64,000 bases of DNA from Candidatus Parcubacteria bacterium (GTDB lineage Bacteria > Patescibacteriota > Saccharimonadia > UBA4664 > JBIOIQ01). Every line of letters begins with the position of its first letter. Position 1 is the stretch's first letter. The DNA lies in the NCBI GenBank assembly GCA_963718875.1, contig OY970378.1:132396-196395 (forward strand). Reading direction: 5' to 3'. The position numbers and the translations under genes are program-made. Below are positions 1 through 8,219 of this stretch, in pieces. The notes beneath the pieces were generated by a model. That model worked only from the letters and a program-made list of their open reading frames with translations. It made no database searches and had not been told where the DNA came from.

Positions 1-269
1 TTCTGTTGCCATCTCGTAGAGGGTCTTCAAGCCACCCCTGCATGACACATCCATACGGTAGTTCGGTTGTTATAATCTCAAGTGTTCTAGACCAGTCGTG
101 GCGCACACCTATGGGAGAATTCGCTACTTCGTTAGCGGCTTCTTCCGGATTGGGAACTTCTGGGTATGGAACACTGGGGTCTATAAGTTCAGGAAGGTCG
201 TGTTGAGGATTAAACTCTGGATTATTTATAAAAAGGCTCCAATCTAGTCGATATACGATTAAGTCTGTA

Positions 270-359
270 TGGCGGAGAGGGTGGGATTTGAACCCACGAT
301 ACCCTTGCGGGCATACTGCTTTTCGAGAGCAGCGCCTTCAGCCACTCGGCCACCTCTCC
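270..359 (-). tRNA. tRNA-Ser (anticodon CGA)
   Basis: Reverse complement reads GGAGAGGTGGCCGAGTGG...TTCAAATCC...CTCTCCGCCA. Cloverleaf with long variable arm, anticodon loop CTCGAAA, encoded CCA. Confidence 0.85.
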
Positions 360-422
360 ATCTTATGGCTTACCCAATTTAAACAATTATTTTGGTTTAG
401 TACAGCTTGTAATATGGCGTAG

Positions 423-1127
423 TTAAAACTTGAGTGTTCGAGTTAAGCGCTCGACAAGGTCAGGTTCGCGGTCAATGCGGGGCAAATGAGTTGAAAGAAT
501 AGATTCAATATGGGGTAAATCATTGCTTTCAAACATCACGGTTAGGCGGGGTTGAAAACGTTGCAGAGGATCTAGGTCAATGCTGTGCCAGGCTACGTCA
601 TTAAAAATGGCAAATGAGCGAAACTGGTTGTAGTGGTAGAGCTTTTGGTCGATCGTAATTCCGCTCGCGCCGAGGTGGTAGTTGAGTAGACGTGGTTCTT
701 TGTTGGCATAAACCACCAGGGCTACAGCCATGACGGCAAATACGGCCGCACTAAACCATTGGCTGGTCAAAATTGTTATAACTACCAAGGCTATTATGAT
801 GAGGCCAAAAAAGACGTACCACATTGGCTTTTTTTGGTGGTGAATAAACTCAGATGCATGCCAGCTAAACTCGGTAGGTCCGTCGCTAGCCGGTTGGGGT
901 TCGTCTTGAAACTGATGCCCTGGTTCTGATTCGCCTAATTCATAATCTTCTGTAGCCGGCTGCTCGGCGTCGTCTGGCTGGATATCATCATCAGCTTCAA
1001 ACCGGGAAGGGCTTTGTGATAAATTTTCTACCTCTAATTGCGGTTCAGGATAGTTGGATTTATGGCTTGGTTCTGTAGGCTCGTTCATGATGGTCCTGCT
1101 TTTGCTTGAATTATGACTTAAGGACAA
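423..1127 (-). CDS. hypothetical membrane protein (acidic N-terminal region, one long TM span, C-terminal bacterial PH-like domain)
   Basis: 234-aa ORF. Hydrophobic stretch MWYVFFGLIIIALVVITILT. C-terminal segment resembles bPH/YdbT-like domains. Low-GC backbone. Confidence 0.55.
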   Translation of the reverse strand: MSLSHNSSKSRTIMNEPTEPSHKSNYPEPQLEVENLSQSPSRFEADDDIQPDDAEQPATEDYELGESEPGHQFQDEPQPASDGPTEFSWHASEFIHHQKKPMWYVFFGLIIIALVVITILTSQWFSAAVFAVMAVALVVYANKEPRLLNYHLGASGITIDQKLYHYNQFRSFAIFNDVAWHSIDLDPLQRFQPRLTVMFESNDLPHIESILSTHLPRIDREPDLVERLTRTLKF

Positions 1128-1190
1128 GCGAATTACAATGTAGTCACGAGTAGTTCACGTTAGATTTAATCCGAGCTAAAGGTGCGTTAT

Positions 1191-1228
1191 AAAAAAATAA
1201 GCCGGACATTAAGTCCGGATTATTTTTT
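1191..1228. terminator. bidirectional hairpin terminator (GCCGGACATTAAGTCCGGAT flanked by A-run and T-run)
   Basis: Perfect 8-bp stem GCCGGACA/TGTCCGGC-like hairpin at 1201-1220 with AAAAAAATAA upstream and TATTTTTT downstream. Directly abuts the 3' end of the minus-strand tRNA-Ser(GCT). Confidence 0.5.
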
Positions 1229-1320
1229 GGCGGAGAGGGAGAGATTCGAACTCTCGCTAGAGATTACTCCCTACTACAGGTTTAGCAAACCCGCCCCTTC
1301 AGCCACTTGGGTACCTCTCC
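1228..1320 (-). tRNA. tRNA-Ser (anticodon GCT)
   Basis: Reverse complement GGAGAGGTACCCAAGTGGCTGAAGGGGCGGGTTTGCTAAACCTG...GAGAGTTCGAATCTCTCCCTCTCCGCCA. Anticodon loop TTGCTAA, long variable arm. Confidence 0.85.
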
Positions 1321-1388
1321 GCGTCGCAGTTTTATATAACTTTCGCTGCAAACTGTCATGTTGAGCGAAGTCGAAACATCTATTCAAT

Positions 1389-1417
1389 AGATCTCTCCAC
1401 TTTGGTCGAGATGACAT
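1389..1417 (+). repeat. REP-like palindromic element, K-subtype (AGATCTCTCCAC...GTCGAGATGACA)
   Basis: Near-identical copies at 53150-53177 and, in reverse orientation, 6829-6857. Hairpin ATCTC/GAGAT. Confidence 0.6.
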
Positions 1418-1450
1418 TTGGCCTTCCAGACGAAGCTAAAGAGCGTAGCC

Positions 1451-1538
1451 TGGCGGAGGGGGTGGGATTCGAACCCACGGACCCGTGAAGGTCTCCGGTT
1501 TTCAAGACCGGTGCACTCGGCCGCTATGCGACCCCTCC
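1451..1538 (-). tRNA. tRNA-Ser (anticodon TGA)
   Basis: Reverse complement GGAGGGGTCGCATAGCGGCCGAGTGCACCGGTCTTGAAAACCGG...GGGTTCGAATCCCACCCCTCCGCCA. Anticodon loop CTTGAAA. Confidence 0.85.
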
Positions 1539-1734
1539 ATCGTCAACCGGCGCCCTCGCTAACTTTGTGAGTATAGTGCTCAAGAGGACTTTTTTCAAGT
1601 AGGGTTGCCGGGTGAGAGACTAACCATAGTCAACGTAACACCAGCTAAACTGGACATTCTTTTTATTTCGTGATATAATAATTTTAGCTTAGTACCAGTT
1701 CGACAACATGCATTTTGACGACAGGAGCATTCTC

Positions 1735-2136
1735 ATGATTCTTCTACCTTTCGATAACCACCCCATTCGCCCTACCTCTATCAACACGGAGGCAGGGCCT
1801 GATCAAAACAGGAAGTTCAGTAGTTTTCCAACGCTCAAGATGAACCGTGCAGCTTTCCTGATCGTCATGATGCTGACCTCGGCAGACGAGTGGATCGAGT
1901 TTACGGTTGCCGATCTCGAAGCCTTTGCCGAGGCGCACGGCTTCCCTTGGAGGGACGCGTCGTACTCGCAGGGGTTCGCCCAGTTGCTCGACAAGACCCA
2001 TCTCGACCGGGAACCCTTTGTGGTCGAGGTTGAGGGCTACTACAGAGTGACGCACATGTTCGTTGCGCTCTGCTTCGCCTCTGCACCCCGAAAGGAGTTC
2101 GTACGGAGGTTCGAGCCCTCGCCGGTTCGTTCCTGA
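1735..2136 (+). CDS. hypothetical protein (GC-rich islet gene)
   Basis: ORF 1708-2136. Preferred start is ATG at 1735, preceded by CAGGAG RBS. TATAAT at 1672-1677 upstream. GC about 58% versus backbone about 45%. Confidence 0.4.
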   Translation: MILLPFDNHPIRPTSINTEAGPDQNRKFSSFPTLKMNRAAFLIVMMLTSADEWIEFTVADLEAFAEAHGFPWRDASYSQGFAQLLDKTHLDREPFVVEVEGYYRVTHMFVALCFASAPRKEFVRRFEPSPVRS

Positions 2137-2282
2137 TCTCGCGATTCAACAATGCTACAAGCGCCATAGGGCGCCGGCCTCACGGTCGGCGCCCTGCTTC
2201 TTTTAAGCGGATTATTGTTGATTGTTTTCTTCCAGACTGCTTTAATGGTGAAACCAAACGACATTTCGAGTGGGAGGTTGCT

Positions 2283-2801
2283 ATGTCGAGAAAGTTTGTA
2301 CACTGGTACCTGCACGGTCTTCGAAATGGCGACCCTGAAGGTTGGCCTTACATCAAGATGGTTGCAATCCCAAGTGGTTGGGTCGAGGTGTCCGAGCAGG
2401 AACAGTATGCGTTTGAAATGGCATACCGTGTTTGGGATGCCAAGAGAATGATTGCTCGGTGCCGTCGAGGTTGCGACCTGTTCTTGTGTTACTACTTGCT
2501 CCAGAGCATTTACCTTGGAAAAGATGACTCGCATCCTCTTTCGCTAAGACAACTCGGGACTTCTTTGCTAGAGGTTGACGGCTTCGTTGCTGCTTACGAG
2601 GAGCAGGAGAGGTCTGAACGGATCAGACATCTCCTGGGAATGCTCGAACGGTGGCGACAAGGCGCTGAGCTACGTTGTGAAGATTTGCTCGGATGTGTAA
2701 AAAAAACGGCTCATACAATGGCGGCTTACTCCAGAGGACATCGGCGCTGCCGCCGAAGAACAAGCTCTATTGGTCTAGCCCTTCTGACCAGCGGAATATA
2801 G
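2283..2801 (+). CDS. hypothetical protein
   Basis: 172-aa ORF with GTGGGAGG RBS 6 nt upstream of ATG. Followed by a hairpin terminator. Confidence 0.5.
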   Translation: MSRKFVHWYLHGLRNGDPEGWPYIKMVAIPSGWVEVSEQEQYAFEMAYRVWDAKRMIARCRRGCDLFLCYYLLQSIYLGKDDSHPLSLRQLGTSLLEVDGFVAAYEEQERSERIRHLLGMLERWRQGAELRCEDLLGCVKKTAHTMAAYSRGHRRCRRRTSSIGLALLTSGI

Positions 2802-2812
2802 CCACTTAGTGG

Positions 2813-2842
2813 CCCCCGCCGGTCGGCGGGGCGTTTCGCTTT
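2813..2842 (+). terminator. rho-independent terminator (CCCCGCC-GGTC-GGCGGGG then TTTCGCTTT)
   Basis: 7-bp GC stem plus T-rich tail immediately after the stop of the 2283-2801 gene. Confidence 0.5.
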
Positions 2843-2844
2843 AT

Positions 2845-2940
2845 AGGAGCTAAGGGAGCCTCCCTCTAAGCGCTAATGCTACATATTTATACTTAAATAC
2901 AATTTAAAGGGAGCCTCCCTCGAAGAGCTAACGCTTAAAT
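2845..2940. repeat. paired palindromic motif element (2x AAGGGAGCCTCCCT about 45 nt apart)
   Basis: GGGAG-C-CTCCC palindromes at 2857-2867 and 2911-2921 with GCTAATGCTA/GCTAACGCT between. The same two-copy arrangement recurs at 32675-32765. Confidence 0.55.
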
Positions 2941-3882
2941 TTTTCCTGTCTCCAATTGATTAATTAAGTCAGCTTGGTGGAGGGCAGCAGCGGTGTTTTG
3001 CTGTCTTAGGTAAACTTCGCGCAGTAGCTTGTGGCTCTCTAGGTTGGCGGGGTCGGTTTGAGCTGCTTTAGCTAAGGCTGTTTCGGCTTCTTTAAGTTTG
3101 GGTGGGTCGTTGGGGGCCAAAATAAGGTTGATTCGGCCTAAAAGGACTTGATCGGGAACCATTAGTTGAGGCTGATTTATTAAAATGGCTCTAGAGCTGC
3201 GTATAAGCCCGCTAGAGTAGAGTTGGTATGCCAGCGCTGGTTTCCCTTGCTTGGCTTGTTTAAGCGTGTGTAGGGCTCGAGGTGAGGTTACAGAGCCTAT
3301 CAAATCGTTCAAACGCACAGTCATGTTGTTAACGGCATAACATAAGCCAAGTTGCACTTGAGCTTCTGGGTTGTGAGTGTCTATGGCTAGGGCAGTTCGA
3401 GCGGCTATTATTGCACTATCCCCTCTCCCCTGTTCTAGCTCAAGCTCGGATTTGGCTATCAGGGCTGCTTGGGATTTATTGGCCTGAAGTACGTCTTCGA
3501 GTACCTTTCCAGCTTGCTTTAGCTGCCCTGATTGACGGTAGATGGTGACAATCTGCATGCCACTCTCCCCTATCGGTAATGTTTTCAGCTCGCGAGCGGC
3601 ATCATTTGGTCGATTAGCCTTAAGGTAGGCGCTGGCTAACAACTGCTTGTAGTTGTGGTTGGCTGGAGCCAGAATAGTAGCTACCTGAAAATCAGCGATG
3701 GCCTGAGTAGTGTCACCCTGACTTAGTCTGGTTTGTGCTTGGGCTACAAGTTTGGCAGCCCGAGCATTAGATATGGGCGTAGCTACAATTATCAGGAGAG
3801 CTATTAGTGCGCTGACTCCGATTATTATGTACCACATATGGGCTTTATTTTTGGGCTTGGCTGATTGCTTGGATTTGCTCAT
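2935..3882 (-). CDS. membrane-anchored tetratricopeptide (TPR) repeat protein
   Basis: 315 aa. N-terminal TM helix WYIIIGVSALIALLIIVA, then repeated A/L/Y-rich TPR-like helices. Confidence 0.6.
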   Translation of the reverse strand: MSKSKQSAKPKNKAHMWYIIIGVSALIALLIIVATPISNARAAKLVAQAQTRLSQGDTTQAIADFQVATILAPANHNYKQLLASAYLKANRPNDAARELKTLPIGESGMQIVTIYRQSGQLKQAGKVLEDVLQANKSQAALIAKSELELEQGRGDSAIIAARTALAIDTHNPEAQVQLGLCYAVNNMTVRLNDLIGSVTSPRALHTLKQAKQGKPALAYQLYSSGLIRSSRAILINQPQLMVPDQVLLGRINLILAPNDPPKLKEAETALAKAAQTDPANLESHKLLREVYLRQQNTAAALHQADLINQLETGKI

Positions 3883-6496
3883 CTAACTTTGATAGTAACA
3901 ATTTGGCCTCGACTTGGCTATCACGAGTTTCTTGAACTACGCTGGCGGGGGCGGAAGAAACGTAACGCTCGTTGGCCAGGCGGGCGTCTAAACTATCTAG
4001 GTAAGCCTGCTTATCTGCCCTCATTTTTGACAACCTGGCTTTTCGGGCACTAATCAACGCATCGTCGGCTTGAATCCATGCTGGAGCGCTACTCCCGAGG
4101 TACAGACCACTCCCCTGCTCCACTAGTTTGATCTCTGTTACCCTTGCAAGATGTTTAATTAAATCTGCGTATTGAACCAGTTTTGGCTCAGTTGTGAGGA
4201 TGGTGGGCCTATCTAGCTTTTCTTCCGTTGCAATGGCTCTGATTTGGAGGGTTGTTTCTTGAATACGGTTAAAATCTTCAACTAAGCTTATATTAGCCGA
4301 ATTGTTAGAATCCGATTCCGGCCAAGGGCTAACAATCAGATCTGCTTTTTGCCACGGCATATTTTGCCAAATGGCCTCTGTTACGAAAGGCGCGGTGGGA
4401 TGAAGCAGTTTTAAAACTGTCTCTAACCCGTAAACTAAGAGGTCGTGATTAGGTGAAATCTTGGATGCCTCAACATACCAGTCGGCAAAATCGTCCCAAA
4501 GCAGAGCGTAAACCATCTGGCCGGCTTCGGAAAAGCGGTAGCTATCGATTGCTTTGGTAACATTCTGGACTGCTTGGTCGAGTTGGTATTTGATCCAGTG
4601 GTCGGCTGGGGCGTTGAGCTGTGGTTCGGCAGGTGTGTAATCGGCTGGCAGTTTGGCCAAGATGAACCTGGCAACATTCCATAGTTTGTTACAAAAATTG
4701 CGGTAGCCTTCAATTTTTTCTTTTCCGAGTGAGCCATTATTCCCGGGTGTAATCCCAATGGTTAGTGCTAAACGAAGAGCATCGGTGCCGTATGTGGCGG
4801 TGTATTCCAGAGGATTAATAACGTTTCCTTTAGATTTACTCATTTTTTTACCTTGTGCATCGTTGACCATGCCCCATAGGTAGACGGTTTTAAAGGGAGG
4901 CAGTTTAAAGCGATAATAACTAAACATCACCATCCGGCTCACCCATAAAAATATAATGTCGCGAGCAGTAGCCATTACGCTGGTGGGGTAAAACTGCTCA
5001 AAATCACCGGTGGCCATGAGGGTAGCGTAAGGCCATTGACCGCTAGAAAACCAAGTATCGAAGGTATCGGTTTCGGTCTCGTAATTATTTTTGCCATAGT
5101 AATCAATGGCTTCATCCTCATTGAAGGCAATGATGTAGGGTTTTTTGGTGGTATCAGAAGAGGCATTGTAATAGATGGGGATAGTTATTCCAAACCAGTT
5201 TTGGCGGCTAATGTTCCAATCGCGTAGGTTTTCCATCCAATCCAAGTAGACTTTTTCGTAACGCTTGGGGACTATTTTGATCTCACCATCCTTAACGGCC
5301 TTGATGGCTGGCTGTTTGAGTTCGGCCACCTTAAGCCACCACTGCTCAGTAACTAGTGGCTCTATTAGGGTGCCACAGCGGTCGTGAAAGGAAACGCTAT
5401 GCTTGTAATCCATTTCAACATGGTCAATTAACCCCCTTTCCTCAAGGTCATGGGCAACTTGCTCTCTAGCTTCGGCTACAGGCATGCCGGCGTATTTACC
5501 TGTTAGGTTGGTTAGCAGTCCGTCTGTCCCAATGGCTTGTTTGACCTCCAGGTCGTGACGTAACCCCATTTCCCAGTCGTTGGGGTCATGTGCAGGAGTA
5601 ACCTTAACTACACCTGTACCAAAGGCTGGGTCAACAAAGTCGTCTGCAATAACCTTGAGCTTGAATTTTCCAAGCAGGCCTTCGGCTTCAATCTCTTGGC
5701 CAATATACTGCGTGTAGCGCTCGTCCTTGGGGTTTACAGCAATGGCGGTATCACCAAATTTTGTTTCAGGCCGGACAGTAGCAAGTATAAACGGGCCGTA
5801 TTTGATGTAATATAACGGGTCAATTTGCTCACGATACTTGATTTCTAGGTCGCTAAAGCCGGAGCGGCAATGAGGGCACCAGTTAACTATGCGATTGCCG
5901 CGGTAAATTAAGCCATCATCGTGCATTTGCTTGAAGGTTTCATAGACGGTACGGACGATGTCGTCGTCCAAGGTGAACTTAAAACGGCTCCAATCGACGC
6001 TAAAGCCCAGGCTGCGGAGTTGAGCTGTTACATTGGCCATGTTCTTTTTTGTAAAAGCTAAGGCACTTTGATAAAACTGCTCACGACCGAGGTCAAATCG
6101 ACTTTTACCCTCTTTGGCCAGCTCGCGCTCGTAGACCACTTGAGTTTCGATACCAGCGTGGTCAGCTCCAGGGAGCCACAAGGTTGGATCCCCTTTCATG
6201 CGGTGGTATCTAGCCATAATGTCCTCGACCACATACATAACGTGGCCAGTGTGCAGGTCGCCGTTGGCATTAGGCGGTGGCATGATTACACTAAACGGCT
6301 CTCGATCAGGTATTGAGTTGTGAGTTGTGAGTTGTGAGTCATTTGTGCTTATCTCTCGACTCGCTTGAACTGAGCCTGTCGAATGGTCGACTCTTGACTC
6401 TTGACTCGAGGTGGGCTTGAAGGCGCCAGAATCTTCCCACATTTTATAAATGTCGGCCTCGTATTTGGCCGGTTCGTAACTTTTTGGTAACTCCAT
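3845..6496 (-). CDS. valS: valine--tRNA ligase (ValRS)
   Basis: 883 aa. HIGH motif (PPPNANGDLHTGH), KMSKS motif (KMSKSKGN), class I aaRS editing and anticodon-binding regions, C-terminal coiled coil. The N-terminus carries an extra ~30-aa low-complexity insert encoded by a tandem-heptamer palindromic segment (6300-6420). Confidence 0.92.
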   Translation of the reverse strand: MELPKSYEPAKYEADIYKMWEDSGAFKPTSSQESRVDHSTGSVQASREISTNDSQLTTHNSIPDREPFSVIMPPPNANGDLHTGHVMYVVEDIMARYHRMKGDPTLWLPGADHAGIETQVVYERELAKEGKSRFDLGREQFYQSALAFTKKNMANVTAQLRSLGFSVDWSRFKFTLDDDIVRTVYETFKQMHDDGLIYRGNRIVNWCPHCRSGFSDLEIKYREQIDPLYYIKYGPFILATVRPETKFGDTAIAVNPKDERYTQYIGQEIEAEGLLGKFKLKVIADDFVDPAFGTGVVKVTPAHDPNDWEMGLRHDLEVKQAIGTDGLLTNLTGKYAGMPVAEAREQVAHDLEERGLIDHVEMDYKHSVSFHDRCGTLIEPLVTEQWWLKVAELKQPAIKAVKDGEIKIVPKRYEKVYLDWMENLRDWNISRQNWFGITIPIYYNASSDTTKKPYIIAFNEDEAIDYYGKNNYETETDTFDTWFSSGQWPYATLMATGDFEQFYPTSVMATARDIIFLWVSRMVMFSYYRFKLPPFKTVYLWGMVNDAQGKKMSKSKGNVINPLEYTATYGTDALRLALTIGITPGNNGSLGKEKIEGYRNFCNKLWNVARFILAKLPADYTPAEPQLNAPADHWIKYQLDQAVQNVTKAIDSYRFSEAGQMVYALLWDDFADWYVEASKISPNHDLLVYGLETVLKLLHPTAPFVTEAIWQNMPWQKADLIVSPWPESDSNNSANISLVEDFNRIQETTLQIRAIATEEKLDRPTILTTEPKLVQYADLIKHLARVTEIKLVEQGSGLYLGSSAPAWIQADDALISARKARLSKMRADKQAYLDSLDARLANERYVSSAPASVVQETRDSQVEAKLLLSKLDEQIQAISQAQK

Positions 6497-6588
6497 AGTC
6501 AGTTAAGTATAGCTAAGTAAGGCCTTAGGCTGCAAATGAACGCAAGCTAATTTTCATTTGATCAAGTTTAAGCCTCCATTGCCTACTT

Positions 6589-6630
6589 GTCATCCTGAAC
6601 CGTCAGCTGATGGTTGTTTCAGGATCTCTT
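6589..6630 (-). repeat. REP/RPE-like palindromic element (family 1, AGATCC-hairpin-GGATGAC)
   Basis: GTCATCCTGAAC...GTTTCAGGATCTCTT is the reverse complement of AAGAGATCCTGAAAC...GTTCAGGATGAC. Matches copies at 26768, 32790, 36929 and others. Confidence 0.6.
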
Positions 6631-6654
6631 AAACTAATTTTTTACATGTTCAAC

Positions 6655-6790
6655 AGATCCAAAAGCGCAGTTATGTTTCAAAATGCTGAAAGCGTTTTTT
6701 CTGCGTGAAAACATAAGCGTTATGCAAATTGGCTAACTTTTAATCTTTGAATTTTGGAACTTTTTGCTTGTGAACTAATTTGATGGTTGG
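6655..6790 (+). repeat. direct repeat copy 1 (about 110 bp, terminator-like hairpin AAACGCT-CAA-AGCGTTT plus CATAA-GCG-TTATG)
   Basis: About 85% identical to 7141-7270 (shared ...GTGAAAACATAAGCGTTATGCAAAYTGGCTAA...). Confidence 0.6.
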
Positions 6791-7140
6791 TGTGCTACTT
6801 AGATTAGATTTAAGTATGTTGTCATCTCGACTCACGTGGAGAGATCTTTCTGGATGGGTTTTTGCACCGGTGCCTCCCGTGCAATGCAAATTAGCCTCAT
6901 TCTGCAATTATCGAGGAGGGGTTTGTGCGCCAAAATGATGTATTCTGGCTTATTTTATACTTAAGAGTATACATGCACGGGAGGCACCCGTGTCTTGACC
7001 GAGAAGCCGAAAGAAAGTTACGAACGCATCTGGGAAAAACACAGCATAGCAATAGCGTACTTGATCGGTGGGTTAGAGATAATTTAAGGGATGAAGCGCG
7101 TCGAGTTGCGGCAGAAAGAGGTGAAGCGGCGTAGAGCTTG

Positions 7141-7270
7141 CAACAGATTTAAAATAGCCATTATGTTTTAAAACGCTCAAAGCGTTTTTTTAGTGTGAAA
7201 ACATAAGCGTTATGCAAACTGGCTAAATTATAATCATTGAGTTTTGTAAGTTTTGTTTGTTGACCTGATC
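7141..7270 (+). repeat. direct repeat copy 2 (partner of 6655-6790)
   Basis: See copy 1. Together they bracket an about 350-bp segment containing a K-type REP (6829-6857) and an 18-bp inverted repeat (6861-6879 / 6977-6995). Confidence 0.6.
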
Positions 7271-7544
7271 TAAGGTTTCAACCAGCATTTTTTGTAACTT
7301 CAAGACCTGGTCTTGACTAACGCGTTTAAAACTTGGGTCAGGCCTCAGGCCCGCCCGCGGGGGTCGTGGACCCCTACGGACGGACACTGAGGGTTTCTCA
7401 CCGAGCGCAGTAGAGCCACGTTCGGCAAGATTGGAGCCCGCAGGCCCTGGTTCGGAAGATGGGGGTTCCTTGCCTGGGCCTGCGGGGGAATTGCCGGTCG
7501 AGTCACGCATAGTGTGTACCCGCCGGCAAGATGGTTGCGCCGGA

Positions 7545-7949
7545 CTAGGCGGGGTTGGAGATGATGCTGAAGCGTAGCTTGACCTTTCGGTCGCCAGCCA
7601 CGGCTTCAACCTCCCACAACAGGCTCCGCGGACGGCTCTCGCCATCTCCGTGGATCAAGAGAGAGTTGAAGAAGCTTTCGCAAAGGCTGCCGACCGAGAA
7701 GTCGGCGGTCAGAAGTGCTTCGCCGATGGAGTCGCCGACGAATCGGAGGGCTTCGCCGAGAGAGCCGCAGGCTTGACGCTGACGCCACACCCCATTGACC
7801 GTATCGTCCGCGAAAACCATGGCTCCGGTTACGCCTTGGTAGGCATCAACGAGCCATGCCCACTCTGTGTCGGTGAGCTCTTGGTACTTCAGCAGCTCGC
7901 TGATTTTCGGCGTGACTACTTTGATGGGCTTTACTGCGACAGCTACCAT
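7545..7949 (-). CDS. hypothetical protein (GC-rich islet)
   Basis: 134-aa ORF with AAGGAGG RBS 5 nt upstream of ATG. Non-repetitive composition, unlike the overlapping alternative-frame ORFs. Confidence 0.5.
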   Translation of the reverse strand: MVAVAVKPIKVVTPKISELLKYQELTDTEWAWLVDAYQGVTGAMVFADDTVNGVWRQRQACGSLGEALRFVGDSIGEALLTADFSVGSLCESFFNSLLIHGDGESRPRSLLWEVEAVAGDRKVKLRFSIISNPA

Positions 7950-8219
7950 TGCATGTGCCTCCTTGAAGGCCTATCGTCCGATGGATTCGGGCGGGGCTTG
8001 CGACTCACATTGCTTGTGAAGCACAAAACCCGACCGAATTTGAATCTGGTGAATCCTAGCCCGATATTTAAAGAGCAATCAACCTAAGATTGAATGTCTA
8101 ACATATTAGCATAAGTGGCATGGAAAGTCAATGGCTGCATCTGGGATATTAAGGATTTGAGATTAGTAGATGGTAGGCAGGGTTCTGAAGCGATCCTCCT
8201 ATCTACTACCTACCAGTCC

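Noticed and set aside
6-206. 66-aa plus-strand ORF at the window start
   Set aside because: No RBS and odd composition. The minus strand here carries the first about 14 codons of a gene running off the left edge (ATG at 41-43), which is more plausible but too short to call.
1182-1364. 60-aa ORF
   Set aside because: Entirely overlaps the tRNA-Ser(GCT) gene and its terminator hairpin. Artefact.
6300-6420. CRISPR array or other spaced repeats
   Set aside because: The repeats seen are contiguous heptamer tandems or dispersed palindromes of variable spacing. No regular repeat-spacer periodicity anywhere in the window.
7223-7645. 140-aa minus-strand ORF and the 7650-8087 plus-strand ORF
   Set aside because: Low-complexity Pro/Ser/Arg-rich translations typical of wrong-frame high-GC DNA. 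The overlapping 7545-7949 minus-strand ORF has a consensus RBS and normal composition.
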